DNA of 64,000 bases, taken from assembly GCA_963762145.1 (NCBI GenBank), contig CAVXJS010000015.1, forward strand, positions 1-64,000, read 5' to 3'. Position numbers and translations under genes: made by a program. Under the pieces are notes generated by a model, which did not search any database, was not told the origin of the DNA, and saw nothing but the letters and a program-made list of their open reading frames with translations. The DNA comes from an uncultured Candidatus Rokubacteria bacterium (GTDB lineage: Bacteria; Methylomirabilota; Methylomirabilia; Rokubacteriales; CSP1-6). Positions 1-10,703 of the stretch are shown in pieces (positions within the stretch are counted from its first letter, which is position 1; every line of letters starts with the position of its first letter).

Positions 1-72
1 GTGCTGGCGTTCAACATGCTGGGCGATGCGTATCGCGGAGTCTTCTTCGATCCGCGGCTGCGGAGTCGGTAG
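1..72 (+). CDS. C-terminal end of a peptide/nickel ABC transporter permease (DppC/OppC type), partial
   Basis: Frame 1 reads VLAFNMLGDAYRGVFFDPRLRSR*, matching the typical DppC C-terminus (LAFNxLGDxLRDxxDPR). Confidence 0.7.
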   Translation: MLAFNMLGDAYRGVFFDPRLRSR

Positions 73-123
73 ACGGCGCGTGGCGACAACGTCGGTCGTT
101 GAACCGTCACGCCGTGACCGACC

Positions 124-400
124 GTGGCCGTCGAGCATCGCCGAGGCCCGCGAGCTGTCCGACCCGGCCATGCGCGGGGTCGGCTACGACCCCGAGGAGG
201 CTCGCATCCTCGCCGACCACGTGATGGACGCGGCACTCTGCGGCTACGAGCACTCGGGCCGGCCCAACTGCCTCAACGTCACCCGTATCCACTCTTCAAG
301 CTGCCTCGCCGCCCAATGCGCGTGGTCAAGGAGACCAGCGTGTCGGTGCCCTTCGACGGTGGCAACCAGAGTGGCATGGTGGGCATGCACTACGCAGCCC
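124..400 (+). pseudogene. Ldh_2-family (malate/L-lactate dehydrogenase type) oxidoreductase, N-terminal fragment
   Basis: Pieces in two frames: SIAEARELS..AMRGVGYDPEEARILADHVMDAALCGYEHSG and PMRVVKETSVSVPFDGGNQSGMVGMH. Similarity stops near 400. Confidence 0.6.
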
Positions 401-822
401 CGCGCCGACCATGCGATACTCCCGGCGTGGAGCCCAAGGCGAGAGCGATCGTCCGCGAGTTGAAGCCGGCATCTTGCCAGATGCGTCAGCGCGGCCAGCT
501 CAAGCGCCAGCTCGCCCTCCGCTGCGCCGAATAGCCTTGGCGGATATCTGTATGCGCTCCGAGATCATACGGTCGCCGGCCTAGGAGCCATCACAGAGGC
601 TCAACACTTTCAGGCAAACATCGTCAGGTCCGGAATACTCTTATGCACCAAGCAGGCGGCCTTTCGTGGGTTGCTGGCTGAGATCGATGCGTGCCTTTCG
701 GTTGTCGCTCGTCTCTGAAGTCAACGGGTTGGGCCGCCGTTCTTGCCGTGAGTTGTTCCGCGCGCTACTCTCGCCGCACTCTCTCGATGGGGTGAACCAG
801 TGCCGATAGTGGGAGATCGGGC

Positions 823-1490
823 ATGAAGTGTCCCCGGTGCCAGGAGGAGAACCCGCCACAGGCGAAATTTTGCCTGGAGTGCGCGACCCCGCTCGTTCTC
901 CGATGTGCGAACTGTGGGACGCAACTCCATCGGCGGCCAAGTTCTGCTTCGAATGTGCGAAGCCGGTCGGCGGTCCCGATCCCCACCGCGATTGGTTTCA
1001 CCGGATGCCTACACACCCAAGCACCTCGCGGAACGGATCATCAACTCCAAGGCCGCCCTCGAGGGGGAGCGCAAGCAAGTCACAGTTCTCTTCGCCGAAC
1101 TCAAGGGCTCAATGGAGTTGCTCGCCGACCGTGATCCTGAGGAGGCGCGGAAGCTCCTCGACCCCGTGCTCGAACGGATGATGGAGGCGGTGCATCGCTT
1201 CGAGGGCACCGTGAACCAGGTGATGGGCGACGGGATCATGGCGCTGTTCGGCGCGCCGGTGGCCCACGAGGATTATGCGGTACGAGCCTGCTATGCCGCG
1301 CTCCGGATGCAGGAGTAGGTGAAGAAGTATGCGGAAGAGTTCGCACCGCTCCCACGCGTGAAGCTCAGATCGCGTTGGGCTCAACTCCGGGCGAGGTCGT
1401 CGTGCGCGCCATCGGGAGCGATCTTTACATGGACTACACCGCGATCGGCCAGACGACACATCTCGCCGCGCGGTCGGAGCAGCTTGCAAG
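823..1490 (+). pseudogene. Double-zinc-ribbon adenylate/guanylate cyclase (class III), frameshifted and truncated
   Basis: MKCPRCQEENPPQAKFCLECA zinc ribbons, then GERKQVTVLFAELKGS...GTVNQVMGDGIMALFGAPVAHED cyclase motifs. Several frameshifts, an in-frame TAG at 1316-1318, and no ATPase/TPR part. Confidence 0.85.
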
Positions 1491-1889
1491 CCGGGGCAGC
1501 ACCGGAATACGCAGTTAGGGACATCGCAGCCGCTAACCCCTTTGCTTTATACCAGACTTCACCCAGGAATTGAACCGCGATGCTGCCGCCCAGCGACCAA
1601 TAACTGGAAGGCGTGGAATGCTCGCCATGCGCGGCCTGGGATGGCGAGGTTCATCGAGAGAAGTGCGACGGCGCGCGGCGAGGGGTCTCAGCGTCGCTGG
1701 ACGGCATTGACATTGCCTCCACCCGGCAGGGCCAGCCCGCTGACGCCCCAGCTTTCTTCCGCCGTTTCCCGTACTGTCCGAAAACTCGTCCTATGCTCAT
1801 GCTGCCTGATAGTAGTAGCGCAGCAGGCGCCCCAAGCGGTCGCGGCAGCGAATTCCGGCGCCACCGACCGCGCCACGCCGGCGGAATCA

Positions 1890-2010
1890 CAGGTTTTGCC
1901 GAGGCCCTGGATGTTCCGCTCCTCATGGTAGTGCACCACGAATTCTTTGAGCGCGTGCAATAGACAGGCCGTTCGCCGACGAGGATCAGGCGGTCAAGGG
2001 TGCAGCGCGC
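1890..2010 (-). mobile_element. Degraded integrase-core (DDE transposase) remnant
   Basis: Across two minus frames: (C)TLDRLILVGER..HALKEFVVHYHEERNIQGLG, resembling the ECLDRxIxxGExHL..YHxERxHQGLG C-terminus of integrase-core transposases. Confidence 0.6.
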
Positions 2011-2343
2011 CTCAGGTCTGCCGGCGGAAGCGTGACGACCTTGTCGTGAATGAATGGATGTGGGAACTCTTCGTGTAGTTCTTCGCCAGAAGGCGCTCGA
2101 GCCTGATCTGCGCGGTACTCGGAGCCGGTCAAGCAAGTCCGAGACGCCGCGCCGGTTGCCATCACAGGTGGTCGGCGCGGGTTTCGGCGCGGGTTTCGTT
2201 TACCTGAGTCTCACTCGTTTCCAAATACCAAATCGCTCCCTCGCAACCGTTCGATTCGAGGACTTCTAGAAGGGGCCGCCACCGGCCGGGCCCTTTCGTT
2301 AGACCGGCATCCCTCTAACCACAAAATCCGATCAGAAAATTCC

Positions 2344-3666
2344 TCATCCGCGGCGCGAGAGACAGGCACGCACGCGCGCCGCGAGCTGCGGGATCGAGAA
2401 GGGCTTGGTCAGGTAGTCGGTTGCTCCGAGATCGAAGCCGGCACGAGTATTGACCTCGTCATCCAGTGCCGTCAACACGAGGACTGGCAGCGCCGCCGTC
2501 GCTGGCCTGGAACGAAGCACCTTGAGCACCTCCAGGCCGCCCTGCTTCGGCATGAGCAGGTCCAGCACGAGAAGATCGGGTGCCTGCGCGTCGATCAACG
2601 CGAGTGCCTCCTGGCCGGTGGAAGCTTCGCTTACGATGTGGCCGTCCTGGCTCAGAGCCTTGTGCACGAGGGTACGGAGGTCCGGGTCGTCGTCCACGAC
2701 CAGGATGTGGCTACCGCGCAGGGCGTCCCGACCCGAGTGCGGAGCCAGCGGCGTGCTGGCCAGTTGCCGGACGCTGTGCGGCTCGACGGCCAGCTCGAGG
2801 CCCTCGTAGGCGCAGCAGACCCGGACAGCGTAACCAAGCTGCTCGGCGTACCCGCGGGCGCGCTTCTCGATCGCCTCGACGAAAGCGTCGTCGTGGGTAG
2901 GATCGTGGTGGGTGAGAGCGAGTTGACGCACCCCCGCCGCGGCGGCCAGCCCCACGGCATACTCGTAGGTGCTGTGGCCCCAATTCTTTTTGGATAGGTA
3001 CTCCTCCGGAGTGTACTGCGCATCGTGAATCACCAGGCCGGCGCCGGCCATGAATCGCGCGTGGCGCCGGTCCCCCTCGTGCACGATGGACTCGGCGTGG
3101 CTGGACGCGGGGTGGTCGTGCCAGAGCGTTTCGGAGAAGGGCTCGTGGTCGCACAGGTACACAACAGCCGCGCCGTCGGCCTCGACGCGGTAGCCCAGCG
3201 TCATTGCCGGATGATGGAGGTACTGCGCGACGATCCGCGCGCCGCCGATCTCGTGCGTTCCTTCTCCGAGCTCTCGGAAGGTGATGGTTGCCGGAAGCTG
3301 GCCGATCTCGACGGGGAAGTAAGTGAACTCCATCTGGCCGGAGAGAACTTCGCGCAGAGAATGTCCGCTCCCTTCCGGACCGCAGACCGTGATCTGGTTC
3401 CCGGGAACGAAGAGCGGGGCGAAGAAGGGAAAGCCCTGGATGTGATCCCAGTGCGTGTGGCTGAGCAGGATCGTCGCCGAGATGGGCTTGGGTGTGTGCG
3501 CCATGAGCTCCGCGCCGAGCGGGCGGGCGCCCGTCCCGCAGTCAAATATGAAGCAGGCGCCCCCGCTCGTCGTCACTCCCACACACGAGGTGTTGCCGCC
3601 GAAACGGACGGTGCCCGGGCCTGGCGTGGCGATCGACCCCCGGGTGCCCCAGAATCGTACTCGCAT
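2344..3666 (-). CDS. MBL-fold metallo-hydrolase with C-terminal receiver domain
   Basis: WGTRGS/GGNTSC N-terminus, SHTHWDH metal motif, HDAQY, WGHS, HHDP. C-terminal REC domain (VVDDD, DLLMP, TAL, KPF). Confidence 0.9.
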   Translation of the reverse strand: MRVRFWGTRGSIATPGPGTVRFGGNTSCVGVTTSGGACFIFDCGTGARPLGAELMAHTPKPISATILLSHTHWDHIQGFPFFAPLFVPGNQITVCGPEGSGHSLREVLSGQMEFTYFPVEIGQLPATITFRELGEGTHEIGGARIVAQYLHHPAMTLGYRVEADGAAVVYLCDHEPFSETLWHDHPASSHAESIVHEGDRRHARFMAGAGLVIHDAQYTPEEYLSKKNWGHSTYEYAVGLAAAAGVRQLALTHHDPTHDDAFVEAIEKRARGYAEQLGYAVRVCCAYEGLELAVEPHSVRQLASTPLAPHSGRDALRGSHILVVDDDPDLRTLVHKALSQDGHIVSEASTGQEALALIDAQAPDLLVLDLLMPKQGGLEVLKVLRSRPATAALPVLVLTALDDEVNTRAGFDLGATDYLTKPFSIPQLAARVRACLSRRG

Positions 3667-3683
3667 ACTCCCTCCAGTGTCAG

Positions 3684-6600
3684 TTATTCGTACTCCACGT
3701 GGAGACCGTCGAGGTACCGGGCGAGCTCCGCGGCCCGCGCGCGAATCTCCTCGGGCTCACGGCGTCCGGCCGCCTGCTCCAGGGATGCGCCGATCTCCGT
3801 AATCCGGTTCAAGCCGTAGCCGGCGCCTGATCCCTTCATGTTGTGGCCCAGGATGCGAACGTTTTCGTAATCCGCGTGTGCGAGCGCTGCAGCGATCGCC
3901 TCGACGTCCCTCCGCCGGTTCTCCAGGAAGCCGGGAACCAGCTCCGCGAGACGCGAGTCCACCCGGACGCGGACGCGTCCCATGGTGTGCTCTTCGATGG
4001 CGTGCAGGAGCGTCGCTTTGCGGATGGGTTTGGTGAGGTGGGCCGTGCAGCCGGCATCGAGGCTCTTTTGGACCTCCTCCGGCAGCGCGTGAGCGGTCAG
4101 TGCCAGGATCGGAACCGGCCTGGCGCGGTTCTCGCCTTCCCACTGGCGGATCCTGCGTGTGGCGGAGTAACCGTCCATGACCGGCATCTGGACATCCATG
4201 AGCACGACGTCGTACGTGCCGGAGATGCACATCTGCAGGGCGACCTCGCCGTTGCAGGCCAGGTCCACGCTGCACCCGCTGGCGTTCAGGTACGATTGGA
4301 TCAGCAGCACATTATCCAGGGAATCCTCGGCCAGGAGGATCCGCAGCCCTTGCGCGTCTTCCAGCACGCCTCCCGGCGCTGCGGGCTCCACCAGAGCGGC
4401 CGCGCCGGCGCGGGCCTGCTGGATCGCCTCCAGGAGCTCGGCGCGCTTCACCGGTTTCACCAGGTACGCCGCCACCCCTAGGTCGCGGCTTCGGGCGAAA
4501 TCCCCGGCGCGGTTGTCCGAAGTGAGCATCAGGATGGTCGTCCCGGCCATGGTCGGATGCTGATGAATCTGCTCGGCCACCTGGAACCCGTCGACTGCGG
4601 GCATGCGGCAGTCCAGCAACACGAGGGCATAAGGGACAGCGGCCTGCTGTGCCCGCAGCAGCTCCGAGAGCCCCTGCTCGCCCCCTGTCCGCTTCCGTCA
4701 CCACGGCGCCCCAGCGCGAGAGCATCTCCCTGAGGATCAGCCGGTTCGTCGTGTTGTCGTCGATGACCAGGGTCTTCACGCCCTTGAGATCCATCAGCCC
4801 GGAGAGGACCCTGAGCGGGGGCTTGCTGCCGACCGCGAACCGAGCCGTGAAGTAGAACGTGCTTCCGGCTCCGATGCTGCTTTCCGCCCAGATCCGCCCC
4901 TGCATCAGCTCGACGACCTCCCGCGAGATGGCCAGTCCGAGGCCGCTCCCGCCGAACTTGCGCGTCGTGGAGGTGTCCACCTGGGCGTAGGGGGCAAAGA
5001 TCAGCTCGCGCGTCTCCTCGGGAACCCCGATCCCGGTGTCGCAGACCGCGAACCGCAGTGCGCCAGCGGCGGCGTCCTCGGGATCACGCTCGACCCGAAC
5101 GATCACCTCGCCTTGCTCGGTGAACTTGATGGCGTTGCCAATGAGATTGATGAGCACCTGCCGCAGCCGGGCCGGATCGCCGACCAGCGCGGTGGGGATC
5201 TCCGGAGCGATGCGGAGCGCCAGCTCGAGCCCCTTCTCGTGGGCGCGAATCGCCATCATCTCGAGCGTCTTGTCGAGGACCTCGCCGAGATCGAAGTCGA
5301 TGCTCTCGAGCACCAGATGGCCGGACTCCACCTTGGAAAGGTCCAGGATGTCGTTGATCAGGTCCAGGAGCTGGCTCCCCGCCTTCCTGAAGATGCGGAC
5401 GTACTCGCGCTGCTCCGAGGCCAACGAGGTCTCCCACAGCAGGTCCGCCATGCCGATGATGGCGTTCATCGGCGTCCGGATCTCGTGGCTCATGCGGGCG
5501 AGGAAATCCGATTTCGCCAGATTGGCTTTTTCCGCCGCGGACCTGGCGCTCTCCAGCTCGACATTCTTCTCCTGCAGAATCTGATCCAAGCGTTTGCGCT
5601 CGGTGACGTCGCGCGCGGCGGCGAACACGCCCTGCAGCCTCCGATCCCGATCGTAGAAGGTGGTCGCGTTGTAGGACACCACGGTTTCCTTGCCGTCCCT
5701 GGCGCGCGCGGTGAGTTCGTAGTCGGTGACCTTCTTTTCGCTCAGCACCCGCTTGATACCCGCCTCGGCCAGCTCCGGATCGGTGAAGTAGCTCTTGAAC
5801 GGCGCGCCGATCAACTCGTCGCGCGTGCAACCAGTGAGCGCCTCCATCTGCTTGTTGACGTCGGTGATGATGCCGGACGGATTGGTGGTCATCAGCGCGT
5901 CGATGTTCGACTCGATGAGAGAGCGCGTGTAGAACTGCTGGTCGCGCAGGCGCTGATCGAGCTGCTTCTGGTCCGCTTCGACCTGCTTGCGCGCAGTATT
6001 ATCGGTGCCGATCAGCAGATAGCCGATGATGGCGTCCTGCGCGTCGCGCAGCGCCGTGACGGACACCACCGCCGGGAACCGGCTCCCATCCTTGCGGAAG
6101 TAGGTCAGCTCGTAGATGTCCTCGATCCCGCGCGAGGCCTTGAACACCAGGGCCTCAAAGCCCGGCGTAATCGGGGTCCCGAGCTCGACGCTGAGCGCCT
6201 TGGCGCGCGCGATCACTTCCTGCGGATCGGAAATGTCGGCCGGCGTGATCTTGTTCATCACTTCGGCGGCCGTGTAGCCCAGCATCCGCTCCGCGCCGAC
6301 ATTGAAGATCTGAATGACGCCCTTCTCGTCGGTCGCGATACTCGAGAAGTTGGCGCTGTTGAAAATCGCGCTGCTGCAGGGCCCCCGCCTGGAGCAGCGC
6401 CTCTTCCGCCTGCTGGCGCGCGGTGTTATCGGTGCCGATCAGCAGATAGCCGATGATTGTTTCTTGAGCGTCGCGCAACGCCGTGACCGACACGACCGCC
6501 CCGAAACGGCTGCCGTCCTTGCGGATATACGTCAGCTCGTAGATGTCCTCGATCCCGCGCGCGGCCTTGAACACCAGGGCCTCGAAGCCCGGCGTAATCG

Positions 6601-6907
6601 GGGTCCCGAGCTCGACGCTCAGCGCCTTGGCCCGCGCGATCACTTCCTGCGGATCGGAAATGTCGGCCGGCGTGATCTTGTTCATCACCTCGGCGGCCGT
6701 GTAGCCCAGCATCCGCTCGGCGCCGACATTGAATAATTGAATGACGCCCTTCTCGTCGGTGGCGATGCTGGAGAAGTTCGCGCTGTTAAAAATCGCGTTC
6801 TGCAAGGCCCCCGTCTTGAGCAGAGCTGCTTCGCGCCGGACTTCGGTGATGGCTTCCGCCTTGCCGGCGTCGCCGTCGAGAAGGGCGGAGCTGGATGTCT
6901 CGGGCAT
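3684..6907 (-). CDS. Hybrid sensor histidine kinase PAS-PAS-PAS-HisKA-HATPase-REC-REC-Hpt, split by two frameshifts (~6372 and ~4685)
   Basis: ORFs 6155-6907, 4312-6285 and 3684-4622 join into one protein. H-box SHEIRTPMN, NLIGNAIKFT, DTGIG, GGSGLGL, two REC domains, Hpt motif GHNMKGSG. Confidence 0.88.
5990..6825. repeat. Near-identical tandem duplication of one PAS-coding unit (period 427 nt)
   Basis: ATCGGTGCCGATCAGCAGATAGCCGATGAT occurs at 6001 and 6428, and the two units encode nearly identical PAS peptides. Confidence 0.9.
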
Positions 6908-6991
6908 GGCTTCCTCCGTTCAGATCAGAGATGCGGTCGGCGAACGCTTCGGCGCGCTCCGAATCTAGTCGACCTTCACCGAGCCTGTCGA

Positions 6992-7053
6992 TTGGACCTT
7001 CGTCCACCGGCGGCGCTGCCACCCCGCCCGCCGCCTATTGGGCTTTGGTCCTG
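6992..7053. promoter_or_regulatory. Two 16-bp palindromic boxes upstream of the hybrid kinase
   Basis: TTGGACCTTCGTCCAC (6992-7007) and TTGGGCTTTGGTCCTG (7038-7053) match the recurring motif. Minus-strand TAGATT at 6967-6962. Confidence 0.55.
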
Positions 7054-7192
7054 CCACCCATCCCGGCAAGGGCTTCGGCGCGGCGATGTGTAGCGCGCAG
7101 GAGTAATTACCGAGACGAGGCGAGGCAGCGCGCAGTTCGCACGCTTTACCGCCCCAGGGGCGTAGGTGGGTGCTCCCTGCCGATCTCCTTCG

Positions 7193-7226
7193 CCCTCCCC
7201 CTCCCCTGGCCTGGGGAGGGGGAGGG
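7193..7226. repeat. Perfect 14-bp inverted repeat (REP-like hairpin or terminator)
   Basis: CCCTCCCCCTCCCC-TGGCCT-GGGGAGGGGGAGGG just downstream of the pfpI-like gene. Confidence 0.65.
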
Positions 7227-7252
7227 ACAGTCACGGGGTGGGCGCCAGAGGA

Positions 7253-7780
7253 CTACACCGTCTTGGTCAGCGCGCGGACGATCTCCCGGCAGAACGCCGG
7301 CAGGTCGTCCGGCTTCCGCGAGGTGATGAGGTTGCCGTCGACCATCACTTCCGTGTCCGACCACTGACCGCCCGCGTTGACCATGTCGTCCTTGATCGAG
7401 AAGAACGACGTGACCTTCTTGCCCTTGACGACCCCGGCGCTCGCCAGCATCCAGCCGGCGTGGCAGATGGCCGCCACGACCTTGCCCTGCTGCGCGGCCT
7501 CACGCACCAGCTTCACCATCGACGCGTGGCGGCGCATCATGTCGGGCGCGTAGCCGCCCGGCACGACCACCGCGTCGAATTCCACCGCGCTCACGGCCTC
7601 GGCCTGCACATCGACCGTGACCGGGTAGCCGTGCTTGGAAATGTAAGACTGGGCACCCCCGGCCCCCACCACCTTCACCTCGGCGCCCTCCTCCTTCATG
7701 CGGTAGTACGGCACCCACAGCTCCATCTCCTGGTACAGGTTCTCGGCCAGGATCGCGATGCGCTTTCCCTTCAGGTTCAT
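7253..7780 (-). CDS. PfpI/DJ-1 family type-1 glutamine amidotransferase-like protein
   Basis: MNLKGKRIAILAENLYQEMEL, PGGYAPD, AAICHAGW nucleophile elbow, DGNLITSRKPDDL. GAGGAGG RBS. Confidence 0.92.
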   Translation of the reverse strand: MNLKGKRIAILAENLYQEMELWVPYYRMKEEGAEVKVVGAGGAQSYISKHGYPVTVDVQAEAVSAVEFDAVVVPGGYAPDMMRRHASMVKLVREAAQQGKVVAAICHAGWMLASAGVVKGKKVTSFFSIKDDMVNAGGQWSDTEVMVDGNLITSRKPDDLPAFCREIVRALTKTV

Positions 7781-7791
7781 GTGTGGCCTCC

Positions 7792-7956
7792 TCAAGCTTT
7801 TCTGGACGTCTGAGAGAAGAACGTGCCCATCAGCTGCTGCAGCTGCTTGCCGCCACAGCCCGGACACTTGTACTCTCCGCGCTCCCGCGCCCCGATGGAC
7901 AGGGTCAGGGCCACTTCCTTCTTGCACCGCTCGCAGTAAAACTCGTAGTGCGGCAT
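7792..7956 (-). CDS. FmdB-family zinc-ribbon protein (54 aa)
   Basis: MPHYEFYCERC...KCPGCG...QTSRKA*, below the ORF-track cutoff. GGAGGAGG RBS. Confidence 0.85.
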   Translation of the reverse strand: MPHYEFYCERCKKEVALTLSIGARERGEYKCPGCGGKQLQQLMGTFFSQTSRKA

Positions 7957-8189
7957 GGGGGGTCCTCCTCCGGCTTCGGCCTGGTAGGAACCGGTCTGCG
8001 GCTCTCTCGAGCCCGCGCCCTGAAATATACTCCCTTCCCGACGATCTGACGCGGCCTACCATGCCGCTACCGCCCCGACCGTCAACCCCCGAAAGGGGGC
8101 GAAACACAACCGGTCGACCGCGAGATCGATCAGATCTTCGGGGAGGGCGACTACGTCACCACCCGCTGGACGGCGACCGGCAATACGCT

Positions 8190-8427
8190 GAAATGGGGCC
8201 TGCTGGCGGACAAAGGTGAAGCCGATCTCGCGGAGACCCAGGCTAACGCTCCCGTTGCGGCGCGGGTCACGCCCGTCGGCCTCGCATCGCTGCGCACCCT
8301 GCCTCCGATCCACCAGGATCTCGATCACGCCTTCGGCTTCCTCAGCAGCAAAGTCCCGGCGCAGAAACGTAAACAACTCACGTTGTTCAGATCGCGGGCC
8401 ACGACGAACCACCGGATCGGAAACACC
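8190..8427 (-). pseudogene. Frameshifted small 'VDRR' protein, paralog of 12586-12873
   Basis: WFVVARD in one frame continues as ELFTFLRRDFA..IEILVDRRQG in another, parallel to MFIVARGDDHLYEDLRQQF..VEVLVDRRHG. Confidence 0.5.
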
Positions 8428-8483
8428 GCGACTGGCCCGTGCGCTATACGACCGTGTTCAGGGTGCCGCCCACGGAGTGACGG

Positions 8484-10268
8484 TTAGTTGCTCGCCGCGG
8501 TGGGCGCGAGGGCCTGGTAGGCCGGACAGCTCCACAGGCGCCGCTCGACCTCCGCCGCATATTGCCGGAACAGGCGGCCCCCCACCCCGCCGTAGCGTGC
8601 TTCGAGCTCGGCCGCCTGGATGTCCTCGGGGAGATCGGCGGCCTCCGGGAAAAAGTTGTCGACACGAAAGCCCGCCGCGAGGCGCGCCTGGAGGGCCCGC
8701 GCCGCGGTGGGGTCGCGGGTGGCCAGAAGGCTGAACGTGGTGCCGGCCCGGTCGGCCAGAAGGTCGCCGAACGAGAACCCGCTGCCGCCCCCCGCATCTA
8801 GCTCCTCCTTGAACACGCCGATGGCGTCGCTCGGCGCCTGGGCCGACAGCACGGTGAGCGCGGCGCTGACGAAGAAGTGTTTTGTCCAGTCTTCACGGCC
8901 TCGGAGGGTGGTCCGAGCCAGCGGCGCGGCCCGCCGCCAATCCCGCGTGTCCAGGACCGGGCCCACGAAGTCCTCGAGGCGCCGATGCCCGAGCAGGAGG
9001 CCCAGGGCGAGAAGGACAGCCCGGTTCTCGAGCACGGGCGGGCTCGTCGCGGACCGCTCCCGAGCGTGGGCAAAGGCCACCTCCACCGCGGCCCCAAGGC
9101 GGGGCTCGCCACGGGGTAGGCTCGGGGCGGCCTCCAGCAAGCGCTCGACGTGCGCCCGGACGGCGAGCCGCATTTCTTCGTTCGCGCCGGTCCCCCAGAT
9201 GAAGCTGGCGAGCAGGCCCGGTGGGAGCTCCATGCGACGGTAGACGAGACTCGCGCGGCCGGGGCCGATCTCGAGGCGCTCGACGCCGGCCAGGACGGGG
9301 CGGGCGCGCCGTTCGGCCTGGACAATGTGGCTGATGAGCGGCGCCGCCCACCGCAAAGGTGGGCCAGGCACGGCGAACCACCCGAGCCGCAGGGTCGGGT
9401 CGGCCACGCTCACCCGGCCTTGGTCGATCTGCATGCGCGCCGCGGCCACGACATTCAGGAAGCGAGAACTGCCGGTGGGCCCGGCGAAGCGAAGCGTCAC
9501 CGACACCGCCGCCGCTTGGGATGCCATGAGGTCGACCCGGGCCCTCCCCCGCCCCTCGCCAAGCACGACAGGAAGCCCCCAGGCTAGGAGCAGGTCGATG
9601 TCGCGGCTCTCGAGATTGAGGGTGCGTGTCTCTCCGGCCGCGAGCGTCTTGGGGTTCTTGTCCCGGAGGAGGCCGTACAGTCGTCGCTTCTCTTCGGACG
9701 TCACGGCGGGACTGTCTTGGACGAGCGGCTCACGCTCGGCCGTCCCGAACAGCACGAGGCCAAACAAGATCGGCGCGACCAGCAGGGTCGCACCCAGAAC
9801 CAGCAGCACACGGCGGCACGCCCCGCGGCCGGCCAGCCACACGAGGGTTGCACCGACGCCCAGGAGACAGCCGACAGTTGGGAGAAACAGATCCGACGGC
9901 CCTGGCCACTGCCAGGGCGGGCCGATTCCGCACGCGAGGACCACAAGGGCGATGAGAAGGCTTCCACCACTCGCCGGGGCGGCCACGGGGAACATCCGCA
10001 ACCGATCGCCGCGCGGCCGGGGCAGAGACAGCACGGCGAGAATGCCCACGGGCAGAAAGCGCACCGTCTCCAGCAACACGGACACGCCGAGGGCGAAGGC
10101 CAGAGCGCGGACGCGGGAGCCGGTCGTGAGGTCGAAGAAGCCGGCTCCGGCGATTCCTGCGCGCCCACCGGGCGTGAGAGCCGAAGTCGCCAGGAGGCCG
10201 GCGTAGCCGATCAGCGCGAGCCGGATCGCCCAGCGCGCCCGGACCGAAGACAAGGATGCCAGCGTCAC
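8484..10268 (-). CDS. Hypothetical membrane protein with a conserved C-terminal soluble domain
   Basis: About 5 N-terminal TM segments. C-terminal DWTKHFFVSAAL...KEELDAGGGSGFSFGDLLADRAG motif. GTG start inferred. Confidence 0.7.
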   Translation of the reverse strand: MTLASLSSVRARWAIRLALIGYAGLLATSALTPGGRAGIAGAGFFDLTTGSRVRALAFALGVSVLLETVRFLPVGILAVLSLPRPRGDRLRMFPVAAPASGGSLLIALVVLACGIGPPWQWPGPSDLFLPTVGCLLGVGATLVWLAGRGACRRVLLVLGATLLVAPILFGLVLFGTAEREPLVQDSPAVTSEEKRRLYGLLRDKNPKTLAAGETRTLNLESRDIDLLLAWGLPVVLGEGRGRARVDLMASQAAAVSVTLRFAGPTGSSRFLNVVAAARMQIDQGRVSVADPTLRLGWFAVPGPPLRWAAPLISHIVQAERRARPVLAGVERLEIGPGRASLVYRRMELPPGLLASFIWGTGANEEMRLAVRAHVERLLEAAPSLPRGEPRLGAAVEVAFAHARERSATSPPVLENRAVLLALGLLLGHRRLEDFVGPVLDTRDWRRAAPLARTTLRGREDWTKHFFVSAALTVLSAQAPSDAIGVFKEELDAGGGSGFSFGDLLADRAGTTFSLLATRDPTAARALQARLAAGFRVDNFFPEAADLPEDIQAAELEARYGGVGGRLFRQYAAEVERRLWSCPAYQALAPTAASN

Positions 10269-10703
10269 CGATCGAGTATAGGGCAGGGTCCCGGCAAGAT
10301 CTGCTCCGAGCGCACGGCGCCGAACCAGCACCCCTCAGGCCGGGCGTCGGCCTCGACGCTGGCGAATCTCGCGGAGGAGGGCGGACATGCTTGGCCGGGG
10401 CTTTTTCCGCGCGCCAAGCGCCGCAGGCCGGCGGCGGACGGCGCTGGGCATCGACGAATGATGATGGCAAACGATGCAGTATTGCCCTTCGATCGCGACG
10501 CACTCGTTCAGTGCGTGTTGACACGAGGTATCCACGCGGCAGGCCACGCACATGATGGACTGAGAAGAGCAAGCTGCGTTCCAGCCCGGGGTGCGCCAGA
10601 GCTCAGGTACTTGCGGAGCACGGAGTGCAATCCGACGAAAGGAAAGTAGCGACTATGGGTAACGGGATCACCTATTCAAACCCTACCTCTACCGACAGGG
10701 TGG

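Noticed and set aside
2173-2198. 12-bp tandem repeat CGGCGCGGGTTT
   Set aside because: Only two copies, with no supporting context.
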